A stretch of DNA of 19,241 bases. Source: an uncultured Thermococci archaeon. GTDB taxonomy: Archaea > Methanobacteriota_B > Thermococci > Thermococcales > Thermococcaceae. This document shows positions 8,788 through 17,048 of the stretch, piece after piece. Location of the stretch: NCBI GenBank assembly GCA_964615185.1, contig CAZTOS010000015.1, positions 1 through 19,241 on the forward strand. Direction: 5' to 3'. Each line of letters opens with the position of its first letter. Position 1 is the stretch's first letter. The notes under the pieces were generated by a model, which saw only the letters and a list, made by a program, of their open reading frames with translations, was not told where the DNA came from and searched no databases. The translations under genes and the position numbers were made by a program.

Positions 8788-8914
8788 GGTATAACCATTT
8801 TCAACATTTTCTGTGAACTTACATAAACTTCAGTGAAAATGTGTGTTCATTAATAATCTAATGTGTTAGATAATTTGTAAAGTTTAGTGGCTCTTTCATT
8901 TGTCAAAATAATAG

Positions 8915-8931
8915 GTTTATAACCTTTCGTT
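8915..8931 (+). promoter_or_regulatory. Perfect extended SurR box
   Basis: GTTtatAACctttcGTT equals GTTn3AACn5GTT, immediately upstream of a BRE-TATA. Confidence 0.8.
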
Positions 8932-8933
8932 TT

Positions 8934-8948
8934 AGAAACGTATTTAAG
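8934..8948 (+). promoter_or_regulatory. BRE-TATA promoter of mbh operon 2
   Basis: AGAAACG followed by TATTTAAG (8941-8948), about 80 bp upstream of ATG 9027; similar spacing to operon 1. Confidence 0.55.
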
Positions 8949-8998
8949 AATTTTTGGCAAATCTCAAATGATATTATCCTCAAAAACGCTTAATATAG

Positions 8999-9015
8999 GT
9001 TTAAAACTTAAAGCT
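8999..9015 (+). promoter_or_regulatory. SurR box in the 5' leader, next to the RBS
   Basis: GTTtaaAAC (perfect core) plus ttaaa-GCT; RBS GAGGTGA follows. Confidence 0.65.
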
Positions 9016-9026
9016 GAGGTGAAAGA

Positions 9027-9530
9027 ATGGCGTTTGTGACATCTTTCCTGTGGTCTTTGATTGTATACTTACTGCTTACAGCGGGCTCAGGAGGTATAAT
9101 CGCATGGAGCAAAGAAGAACTAATTGCTGGATTCATTATTGCAGCGATAATCGGCTATTTAACACGGAACATCATGGACGAAAAGCTCGAATATTTCTTT
9201 AATCCAAAAAGATGGCTTCTTTTCATAATATATGCATTGGGGCCGTTTTTCTTTGCAATGGCAAAGGCAAATCTTGATGTAGCTTACAGAGTTATAACAG
9301 GGAAGATAAGACCTGGCATTGTTAAAATATCTCCTGGTCTTACGAGGGATGAAAGCAGAACACTCTTGGCAAATTCAATAACATTGACTCCAGGAACATT
9401 TACTCTTGAAATTGATGAAGAAGGCAATTTGTACGTGCACTGGATTAACGTTCCACCCGGAAAAGAAAAACCAACCCCTGAGGAACTTTGTGGATATCTT
9501 CCAAAATGGGCAAGGAGGATTGCGGAATGA
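9027..9530 (+). CDS. mbhA: MBH subunit A (MrpE-like), copy 2
   Basis: AKANLDVAYRVITGKIRPGIV, NSITLTPGT, LYVHW; RBS GAGGTGA. Confidence 0.92.
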   Translation: MAFVTSFLWSLIVYLLLTAGSGGIIAWSKEELIAGFIIAAIIGYLTRNIMDEKLEYFFNPKRWLLFIIYALGPFFFAMAKANLDVAYRVITGKIRPGIVKISPGLTRDESRTLLANSITLTPGTFTLEIDEEGNLYVHWINVPPGKEKPTPEELCGYLPKWARRIAE

Positions 9531-9802
9531 ACGTGATTAGTGCATTTATGGTAGCTCTAATACTGCTGTTGTTTTCGGCAATGTTAACCCTAATCAGGCT
9601 TATCTTAGGACCAACGATTCCAGATAGAGTTGTTGCCCTGGATTCGATGACAACAACAACGGCAGGTGCAATGGTTCTTTATGGTGTCATTACAAAGCAG
9701 CCAATTTTCATTGATGTTGCATTGGTGTATGCAGTTTTGAGTTATATTGCCACACTCTATATAGCCCGCTACTTAGTAAAGAAGAAGGTGGGGATAGCAT
9801 GA
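9527..9802 (+). CDS. mbhB: MBH subunit B (MrpF-like), copy 2
   Basis: GPTIPDRVVALD motif; ATGA overlap. Confidence 0.9.
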   Translation: MNVISAFMVALILLLFSAMLTLIRLILGPTIPDRVVALDSMTTTTAGAMVLYGVITKQPIFIDVALVYAVLSYIATLYIARYLVKKKVGIA

Positions 9803-10149
9803 TTGAGTACATAATCACAATTTTCTTGGCAATTGGAGTGATCTTCAATCTTCTTGCAAGCATTGGACTCCTCAGATTCCCAGATGTTTACACGAGGATT
9901 CATGCATCAACAAAATGTACAACATTTGGAACGATCTTCATAGTCCTTGCCACAGTGGTGTATTCACTCTACAATTGGCTTCCAACACATGACCCAAGAT
10001 GGGTTACAATAGGCATTCATTCAGCTCTCGTTGTGATATTCTTAGTAATGACAAACCCTGTTGGTGCCCATGCAATTGGAAGAGCCGCAAGAAAGTCTGG
10101 AATTAGACCCTATGCTGCTGTAATAGACGAGCTGGAGGGGAAACTATGA
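9799..10149 (+). CDS. mbhC: MBH subunit C (MrpG-like), copy 2
   Basis: RFPDVYTRIHASTK and TNPVGAHAIGRAA motifs. Confidence 0.9.
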   Translation: MIEYIITIFLAIGVIFNLLASIGLLRFPDVYTRIHASTKCTTFGTIFIVLATVVYSLYNWLPTHDPRWVTIGIHSALVVIFLVMTNPVGAHAIGRAARKSGIRPYAAVIDELEGKL

Positions 10150-10409
10150 ACTTTATGGAATTCTTTTGGGTTCTTCAGGTTTTGATAGGAATTGGTCTGC
10201 TGGTGAGTGCAATAGTTGCCATCAGATTCAAGAATTTAATAATGGCAGTCATAGCCATGGCAGTGTTTAGCTTAATTTTATCACTTGAATTCTATGTCCT
10301 CCAAGCTCCTGACGTTGCAATAGCTGAAGCTGGTGTTGGAGCATGTCTAACGACAGCAATGTATCTTCTTGCCATCAAGAACACAACTGATGAGGAGGTG
10401 ATAGAATGA
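10146..10409 (+). CDS. mbhD: MBH subunit D, copy 2
   Basis: [13 protein letters not shown] motif. Confidence 0.9.
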   Translation: MNFMEFFWVLQVLIGIGLLVSAIVAIRFKNLIMAVIAMAVFSLILSLEFYVLQAPDVAIAEAGVGACLTTAMYLLAIKNTTDEEVIE

Positions 10410-10681
10410 GGACTTCCCTCGGATTGCTTGCTTTCATAGGATTCACGCTCTTCCTTCTTGCTGCAATGATTAGCATTAGACCTTTTGGAGAGCCGCCCCA
10501 TAGGGAAATGGACGACTGGTTCATAACCCATGCTCAGATTGAATCCTCAGCAAACAACGTTGTTACAAGCATAGTTTTCGATTACAGAGGCTTTGATACC
10601 CTCGGTGAAGCAACCGTTCTGTTTACAGCGGTTTCTGGGGTTCTAATGGTACTGCGGAGAAAGGAGGGGATGAAGAAATGA
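10406..10681 (+). CDS. mbhE: MBH subunit E, copy 2
   Basis: [23 protein letters not shown] motif. Confidence 0.9.
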   Translation: MRTSLGLLAFIGFTLFLLAAMISIRPFGEPPHREMDDWFITHAQIESSANNVVTSIVFDYRGFDTLGEATVLFTAVSGVLMVLRRKEGMKK

Positions 10682-11148
10682 CAACAACCATCATAAAGAC
10701 CACAACCAAGATATTAACCCCTCTAATACTTGTCTTTGGTAGCTACATTATACTCCATGGACATTTAACACCGGGAGGAGGCTTTCAGGGAGGAGCAGTT
10801 TTTGCAAGTGGTTTGGCGTTGCTTATAGTAGCGAACAAATATGAAACCGTTAAAAGCCTCTTTGAGAAAGCTCCCTTGAGTGTACTTGAAAGCATTGGGG
10901 CAGTAGGATTTCTTGGCATGGCATGTCTGGGGTTTGCTGGCTACACGTTCTTCAAAAACGTAATTGCAAACAGTGGATTCCTATTATTCGGAGGAAAAAC
11001 TCCAAGTGGAATAAATCCAGGCTATCTAAATACAGGTGGCACACTTCCATACATGAACATCTTTGTCGGTATGAAGGTTCTTGCAGGCCTTACAAGCATA
11101 ATCCTGGTGTTCTTCCTAATCATGAGGAGGGAGAGGGATGAATGGTAA
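10678..11148 (+). CDS. mbhF: MBH subunit F (MrpB-like), copy 2
   Basis: [13 protein letters not shown] motif. Confidence 0.9.
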   Translation: MTTTIIKTTTKILTPLILVFGSYIILHGHLTPGGGFQGGAVFASGLALLIVANKYETVKSLFEKAPLSVLESIGAVGFLGMACLGFAGYTFFKNVIANSGFLLFGGKTPSGINPGYLNTGGTLPYMNIFVGMKVLAGLTSIILVFFLIMRRERDEW

Positions 11149-11509
11149 CATCTGGGTTAATTTTCCATTCATAGTGGTTGCACTTTTGCTTGCACTAGGA
11201 TTTTACACTATAGGATTCAAAAGGAATCTAATCAAGGTGGTCATTGGAATTGAAATTTTGGAAGGGGCAGTGAACCTATTTTTGGTGGCTCTTGGATATG
11301 TGAGGGGTGGCTACGCTCCGATTTATACTTTGGCACCTTCAGAGGCTGCAAATCCACAAAATATGGTTCTACCAACCCCACAAGCATTGACACTTACGAG
11401 CATTGTCATTGGTGTTGCAGTATCTGCTCTAATGCTTGCTTTTGCTGTGAACATCTACAAACACTATGGAACACTTGATGTTACAAAGATTAGGAGGTTG
11501 AGAGGATGA
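11138..11509 (+). CDS. mbhG: MBH subunit G (MrpC-like), copy 2
   Basis: KRNLIK and PQALTLTSIVIG motifs. Confidence 0.9.
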   Translation: MNGNIWVNFPFIVVALLLALGFYTIGFKRNLIKVVIGIEILEGAVNLFLVALGYVRGGYAPIYTLAPSEAANPQNMVLPTPQALTLTSIVIGVAVSALMLAFAVNIYKHYGTLDVTKIRRLRG

Positions 11510-13059
11510 TTGAACACTTACCGGCATTAATGATAGCGGTTCCTTTATTTGGAGCGTTTGTATCACCACTGTTCAAGAAAAAACAAAACATTGTGGCTAT
11601 ATGGGCCATACTAATAACAGCTGTCACCGTTGGTCTCTCACTCTTGTTGATGTATCAGGTTAGACTTAATGGTGTTATAGTATACGTCTTTGGTGCAGAT
11701 AAGCCAACCCTTGTGCTGCCTTCAGGCTATAAAGTTCCAATAAGAATTATGTTTGAAATTGATGGCATTGGAGCTTTTATGGCAATTTCAGCAACGCTGA
11801 TGAGCTTCGTTGGTGCTCTCTACTCCTACAGCCATGTTGAAGGAGAAAGTGGCTTGGAGAAATACTATGCTTTGTTGCTTCTGTTGGAAGTGGGTATTTT
11901 GGGTATGGTTCTCACTGGAGACCTCTTCAATCTCTTCGTGTTCCTTGAGATAGCAGGTATAGCTGGTTCGGCTCTTGTCGGCTTCAGAAATTACCGCGGT
12001 GAAGCAAGTGAAGCTGGAATCAAGTATCTCATAGTCAGTTCAGTTGCATCTTTGATGGTTCTCTTTGCTGTTGGAATCCTCTATGGTGAATACGGCAACT
12101 TAAACTTAGCTTACATAAGCAGACAGGTTTCCTTCAACACCCTTGATATGATAGCATTTGGTCTGTTATTTGCTTCATTCGCCATGAAGTGCGGTGCTGT
12201 TCCAATGCACTACTGGGTACCCGATGCATATACAGAGGTTCCGGCAGGTATAAACCCCGCATTACTGGTGTCAACTTATGCAAGCCTGTATGCCCTCTTC
12301 AGAGTCAGCTTCACACTCTTTGCAAACATATCAATCAGCTTAGCAAGGGTTGGGTGGATAATGTCAGTTCTTGGTGTTCTGACAATGTTCATTGGTGTTA
12401 CAATGGCTTTGGTTCAAAAAGATGTAAAAAGGCTCATGAGCTATCACGCTATCTCCCAGACAGGTTACATGCTTCTTGGTGTTGGTGTCGGTTTAACGGT
12501 TCTCCACGATCCTAAGGCATTGGCAGAATTTGGCAGAACTGCAATGGCTGGAGGAATCTTCCACATAATAAACCATATTATTTACAAGAGCCTGCTTCTG
12601 ATGACTGCGGGTGCCCTGTTCTATGTAACGGGTACAAGAAACCTCAACGAAATGGGAGGATTAGCGAGGAAGATGCCTATAACAACTCTATGTTTCATCG
12701 TTGGTGCTGCTGCCATATCAGGTTTGCCACCATTCAACGGATTTGCAAGCAAGTTCTTAATTTACGAGAGCTCTTACAGATTGAACCCGCTATTGGCGGT
12801 ATTTGCAATGGTTACGAGTATATTAACTCTTGCATCTTTCGTTAAAGTGTTTGCGTCAGCTTTCCTGGGACCACCATTGGAGAAGTTCGAGAATGTGAGA
12901 GAAGTTCCAAAGCCAATGATCGTAGCAATGGTTATCTTGGCATTGCTCTGTATACTATTCGGTCTCTTCCCGGATGTGGTACTTGACAAGCTGGTGTATC
13001 CAGCTGTGGATGCCTTGATTAACGTCGCACAATATCAGTCGTGGGGTGGTTTGGCATGA
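11506..13059 (+). CDS. mbhH: MBH subunit H (MrpD-like antiporter-like subunit), copy 2, atypical TM8
   Basis: 517 aa, polytopic; GDLFNLFVFLE(148), AMK(228)CGAVPMHYWVPDAY, HIINHIIYK, GFASKF. Confidence 0.93.
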   Translation: MIEHLPALMIAVPLFGAFVSPLFKKKQNIVAIWAILITAVTVGLSLLLMYQVRLNGVIVYVFGADKPTLVLPSGYKVPIRIMFEIDGIGAFMAISATLMSFVGALYSYSHVEGESGLEKYYALLLLLEVGILGMVLTGDLFNLFVFLEIAGIAGSALVGFRNYRGEASEAGIKYLIVSSVASLMVLFAVGILYGEYGNLNLAYISRQVSFNTLDMIAFGLLFASFAMKCGAVPMHYWVPDAYTEVPAGINPALLVSTYASLYALFRVSFTLFANISISLARVGWIMSVLGVLTMFIGVTMALVQKDVKRLMSYHAISQTGYMLLGVGVGLTVLHDPKALAEFGRTAMAGGIFHIINHIIYKSLLLMTAGALFYVTGTRNLNEMGGLARKMPITTLCFIVGAAAISGLPPFNGFASKFLIYESSYRLNPLLAVFAMVTSILTLASFVKVFASAFLGPPLEKFENVREVPKPMIVAMVILALLCILFGLFPDVVLDKLVYPAVDALINVAQYQSWGGLA

Positions 13060-13397
13060 TATCACAACTTATAACAGGAGCAGGATACTGGAGTCCGTTG
13101 CTATGGCTTGCATTCCTTATACTCTTTGCTTTAATCGGTTACCTCATTTATTCCAGAGGAAACCCAAGCTATAAGAAAGATACAGAACAAGTCAAGCCAT
13201 ACTTAAGTGGTAACGCTGAGCCGGCAAAGGAGAAAATCCAAGTCAAAGCAAGCGATATTTACTGGGGCTTCATTGAGGCGTTGAAGGGTTACTACAAAGT
13301 TCTCCAAGCTATTCATACGGGTGATCTTAGGGACTATATCTTATGGTATCTTGGAGTGGGGACGATAATTCTTTTCCTCCTTGTAGGAGGTGCTTGA
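13056..13397 (+). CDS. mbhI: MBH subunit I, copy 2
   Basis: YLSGN and HTGDLRDY motifs, terminal TM helices; ATGA overlap. Confidence 0.87.
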   Translation: MISQLITGAGYWSPLLWLAFLILFALIGYLIYSRGNPSYKKDTEQVKPYLSGNAEPAKEKIQVKASDIYWGFIEALKGYYKVLQAIHTGDLRDYILWYLGVGTIILFLLVGGA

Positions 13398-13398
13398 T

Positions 13399-13845
13399 AT
13401 GGGCAAGCTGACAAACTTTAAACGTTCTCTTTGGGTTTTCCATGCCTCTGGGGGCTCATGTAACGGCTGTGACATTGAAATCATCGCTGCACTCACACCA
13501 AGATATGATGCCGAAAGGTTTGGAATTAAATTAGTGGGTTCGCCAAGACATGCAGATGTTCTTTTGGTCACTGGAGCAATTCCAAGAGACTTTGCTGACA
13601 AGCTGAAGAGAATATATGAGCAGATGCCAGACCCAAAAGCAGTCATTGTAGTTGGGAACTGTGGAACAAGTGGTGGACTCTTTTACGACTCCTACAACTT
13701 AGTTGGACCAATAGACGAGATAATTCCCGTTGATGTCTACGTTCCTGGTTGCCCACCAAGGCCAGAGGCAATCATTGATGCTGTCGTTAAGGCATGGCTG
13801 AAGCTGGAGAAGTTGGAAAAAGAGCTGGAGGGGAAGAAAGAATGA
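13399..13845 (+). CDS. mbhJ: [NiFe]-hydrogenase small subunit, copy 2
   Basis: GSCNGCDIE, GNC, PGCPPRPE; RBS GGAGGTG supports ATG 13399. Confidence 0.94.
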   Translation: MGKLTNFKRSLWVFHASGGSCNGCDIEIIAALTPRYDAERFGIKLVGSPRHADVLLVTGAIPRDFADKLKRIYEQMPDPKAVIVVGNCGTSGGLFYDSYNLVGPIDEIIPVDVYVPGCPPRPEAIIDAVVKAWLKLEKLEKELEGKKE

Positions 13846-14402
13846 ATATGAATGCGGAACAAATCCTTGAAAAGCTTAAAGAATCTCTTGGAAATGCACT
13901 GCTGACCTATGAGATAAAGGAATATACAATGGGAGTCAGGAGAAAGAGAACCCTTTACGAAATCTGGGCTGAAATTGACAAATCTGCATTTAGAAAAGCT
14001 GTTGAAACGATTTTTAACATAGATTATCCTCATTTACACTTCATAACTGGTGAGGACACTGGAGGAGATGTTATAAAGATGATTTACTCCTTTGGGATTT
14101 ATCATAGACATCCAGGGGGAGAAATAAGCATAACACTGAAGTTTGACCTTCCAAAGAGTGAATTAGTCCTTCCAACAATTACAGATCTCATGACTGGAGC
14201 AGAAACAAATGAGAGAGAAATAAGAGAAATGCTTGGCGTTGAATTTGAGGGCTTAAAGAACAAGAGACACCTCTTCTTGCCTGACGACTGGCCTGAAGGT
14301 AAATATCCATGGAGAAGAGATGAGCATGGTGTTGATGATATGGTTAAATATATGCACAAGAGCGTTAAGGAAATAAGAAAAAAAGGTGAGGGAAATGCCT
14401 AA
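13842..14402 (+). CDS. mbhK: MBH subunit K (NuoC-like), copy 2
   Basis: PTITDL...NEREIREMLGVEFEG...LFLPDDWPEGKYPWR; ATGA overlap. Confidence 0.9.
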   Translation: MNMNAEQILEKLKESLGNALLTYEIKEYTMGVRRKRTLYEIWAEIDKSAFRKAVETIFNIDYPHLHFITGEDTGGDVIKMIYSFGIYHRHPGGEISITLKFDLPKSELVLPTITDLMTGAETNEREIREMLGVEFEGLKNKRHLFLPDDWPEGKYPWRRDEHGVDDMVKYMHKSVKEIRKKGEGNA

Positions 14403-15624
14403 AACTGCTTACTACATTCCTGTAGGTCCGATTCATCCGGCACTAAAAGAACCAATCAGAGTTGAGGCTGAGATAGAGGGGGAGAAGGTTGTTAGGGTTG
14501 ATGTCAAGAGGGGATTTGCCCACAGGGGAATTGAGTACATGGGTATGAAAAGAAATGCCATACAAACACTTTATCTCTCAGAAAGAATCTGTGGAATCTG
14601 TTCAATCTCCCACCCATACGCATTTGTTGTAGCAGCGGAAAAAGCGTTAGGGATTGAAGCCCCTCCAAGAGCTCAATACATAAGACCGATCATAGCAGAG
14701 CTTGAGAGGATTCATAGCCATCTGCTCTGGTTGGGAGTAATAGCTCACGAGATGGGATTTGACTCACTTTTGTTCTGGATATGGAAGGGAAGGGAAAAAG
14801 TCCTCGATATACTGGAGCTTTTGACTGGAAACAGAATTAACTATTCAGTTTTCATGATTGGCGGTGTGAGGAGAGACCTCAAAGAGAGCCACATAAAAGC
14901 CCTAAAGGACATGATAACATACTACTGGAAGTTTACTGAAAAGATGAAGGAGATAATGCTTTCAGATCCTGTCTATAAGGCAAGAACAAGGGGAGTTGCT
15001 CAGCTTTCAAAAGAACTGGCACTTAAGGTCAATGTAGTCGGCCCCACTGCAAGAGCGGCTGGTCTAAGAATGGATATCAGACAGGATATACCCTATGATG
15101 CATATGCTGATATAGATGTCAGAGCTGTTGTTCCTCAGGATATAGTTGGAGAGGTCAGGGGAGATGCCTATGACATCACCATGGTTAGGATTTATGAAAT
15201 AGAGCAGAGCTTGGATATCATTGAATACTGTGTTGATAACCTCCCAGAGGGTAAAATCCTTGCGATTCCCAACTATGTAGCTTTGCTTGCGAAGATTAGA
15301 AGAACTAAAGGTGAGGCGATAGGAGCTCATGAAGCACCAAGAGGAGAAGTGGTTCACTACCTTAAATTTGATGGTAGAGATGGACCAAGTGTCTGGAAGG
15401 TGATTGCTCCAAGTTACAACAATATTAACAGCTGGGCTCCACTGTTGCTTGGGGCAGAGGTTGCAGACATTCCAATAGTCGTGGCATACATAGATCCATG
15501 TTTGTGCTGTAATGACAGAGTTGCACTACTAAAGACTCCAGAAGGCAAAGTTCTCGGCTACGAATACATCCACAAGAAGGCAGTTGAAAAAACCAGGAAA
15601 ATTGAGAGGGAGGTGAGAGGATGA
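14395..15624 (+). CDS. mbhL: [NiFe]-hydrogenase group 4 catalytic large subunit, copy 2
   Basis: GPIHPALKEP, ERICGIC, EAPRGE, DPCLCCNDR, then a 34-aa extension; RBS GGTGAGG. Confidence 0.95.
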   Translation: MPKTAYYIPVGPIHPALKEPIRVEAEIEGEKVVRVDVKRGFAHRGIEYMGMKRNAIQTLYLSERICGICSISHPYAFVVAAEKALGIEAPPRAQYIRPIIAELERIHSHLLWLGVIAHEMGFDSLLFWIWKGREKVLDILELLTGNRINYSVFMIGGVRRDLKESHIKALKDMITYYWKFTEKMKEIMLSDPVYKARTRGVAQLSKELALKVNVVGPTARAAGLRMDIRQDIPYDAYADIDVRAVVPQDIVGEVRGDAYDITMVRIYEIEQSLDIIEYCVDNLPEGKILAIPNYVALLAKIRRTKGEAIGAHEAPRGEVVHYLKFDGRDGPSVWKVIAPSYNNINSWAPLLLGAEVADIPIVVAYIDPCLCCNDRVALLKTPEGKVLGYEYIHKKAVEKTRKIEREVRG

Positions 15625-16589
15625 CTCCCGAGACTATCTTCTATGCAGTTGCCTTCCCAATACTTGGTATCTTTCTTGGACTGACTTACAAAGGTATCGA
15701 CAGAAGAATATCAGCAAGGATGACATCAAGAATTGGTCCGCCCATAAGGCAGCCTTTCTGGGATGTTGGGAAATTGTTGCTCAAAGAGACTGTTGTGCCA
15801 GAAAACGCTATAAAGTGGCTCTTTAATGCAATGCCTATCTTGGCATTTGCATCTTCAATGAGTTTACTGCTCTATATCCCATTTGGTGTCTTGAAGGCTC
15901 CCCTTGAGGGATACGGTGATTTAATTGTAATACTGTATTTGCTCACACTTCAGTCCTTAGCCATGGCAGTTGGAGGATTTGCATCGGGAAGTCCATTTTC
16001 ATCTGTTGGTGCACAGAGAGAAATGGTACTTATGATGAGCTACGAGATGCCTTTAGCCACTGTGATTGTTGGCTTTGCGTTTCTTTACAAAAGCTTCTCT
16101 CTTACAACAATTGCATCAACTCCAGTATGGACAATGGTCTCTCCAGTGGCTGCATTGGGAGTTATCTTGCTTTTCATAGCACTATTAGTTGTAACCCCTG
16201 CGGAACTCGCTAAGCTTCCTTTTGACATTGCAGAGGCAGAAACAGAGATAGCCGAGGGCATGCTTGCCGAATACAGTGGAAGAAACTTAGCTTTGTTCTA
16301 CCTATCAGATGCAGTTAGAGGTTTCGCTATGGCCGCACTTGAAGTGGTTCTTTTCATACCGTTTACATTCAGCTATGTCTTTGGAGTTAGCTTAAGTGGA
16401 GCTACACTTTATATCGTTGAGGGCTTGTGGTTCCTCTTTAAGGTGCTGATAATTTACATAGCGGCAGTAACAGTCGTGAGAACATCCTTTGGAAGATTCA
16501 GAATCGAACAGGCATCACAGATTTTCTGGGTTCATGTGAACCTAATTGCATTGCTCGGTTTAGCACTTGTTTGGCTGGGGGTGAGGTGA
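15621..16589 (+). CDS. mbhM: MBH subunit M (NuoH-like), copy 2
   Basis: DRRISARMTSRIGPP..QPFWD..KL..KE and PFDIAEAETE...AEYSG motifs. Confidence 0.92.
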   Translation: MTPETIFYAVAFPILGIFLGLTYKGIDRRISARMTSRIGPPIRQPFWDVGKLLLKETVVPENAIKWLFNAMPILAFASSMSLLLYIPFGVLKAPLEGYGDLIVILYLLTLQSLAMAVGGFASGSPFSSVGAQREMVLMMSYEMPLATVIVGFAFLYKSFSLTTIASTPVWTMVSPVAALGVILLFIALLVVTPAELAKLPFDIAEAETEIAEGMLAEYSGRNLALFYLSDAVRGFAMAALEVVLFIPFTFSYVFGVSLSGATLYIVEGLWFLFKVLIIYIAAVTVVRTSFGRFRIEQASQIFWVHVNLIALLGLALVWLGVR

Positions 16590-17048
16590 ATGCCAACAAA
16601 AGCAATGTTCCTGTTCCTTAAACAGCTTGTGGAGAAGCCATTTACAAATCCATTTCCAGTAAAGCATGCTCCTAAGGATGTGACAGCCCTCATTGAAAAG
16701 GTTCAAAAGGGGGAGGCAAAGATAAATCCCCCTGTTCCTGTTCCCGAAGGGTTCAGAGGAAAGCTGAAATATGATCCCGAAAGATGTATAGGGTGTAGGC
16801 TCTGCATAACAGTCTGTCCAGCAGATGCTATAGAGTGGATTCCGGAACTCAAAAAGATACGACATTATGTCTCAAGGTGCATGTTCTGTGCGTTATGTGT
16901 TGACGTATGTCCAGGAAAGAAATTCCCAGGAGAAGAGAAGGCAGTAAAGGCACTGAGGATGAGCGATGAGTTTATGTTGGCTGATTACGACAAATACAGT
17001 GATAATCTAATTGAGGAACCTCCTGAGGCTAAGGAGATGGGAGTTTAA
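16590..17048 (+). CDS. mbhN: MBH subunit N (NuoI-like, 2x[4Fe-4S]), copy 2
   Basis: GFRGKL, CIGCRLCITVCP and CMFCALCVDVCP. Confidence 0.92.
   Translation: MPTKAMFLFLKQLVEKPFTNPFPVKHAPKDVTALIEKVQKGEAKINPPVPVPEGFRGKLKYDPERCIGCRLCITVCPADAIEWIPELKKIRHYVSRCMFCALCVDVCPGKKFPGEEKAVKALRMSDEFMLADYDKYSDNLIEEPPEAKEMGV

Noticed and set aside
342..16865. Numerous minus-strand ORFs of 60-130 aa within the mbh operons
   Set aside because: Antisense to well-supported genes, with no recognisable motifs.
9027..17048. Second operon as the sulfane sulfur reductase MBS/MBX
   Set aside because: The large subunit retains both CxxC Ni motifs, and the operon has a single MbhH plus MbhI in mbh gene order; MBS lacks two of the Ni ligands and has additional antiporter-like subunits.
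466..17048. Recent tandem duplication or mis-assembly
   Set aside because: The copies differ extensively in protein and synonymous positions; only short DNA identities were seen.
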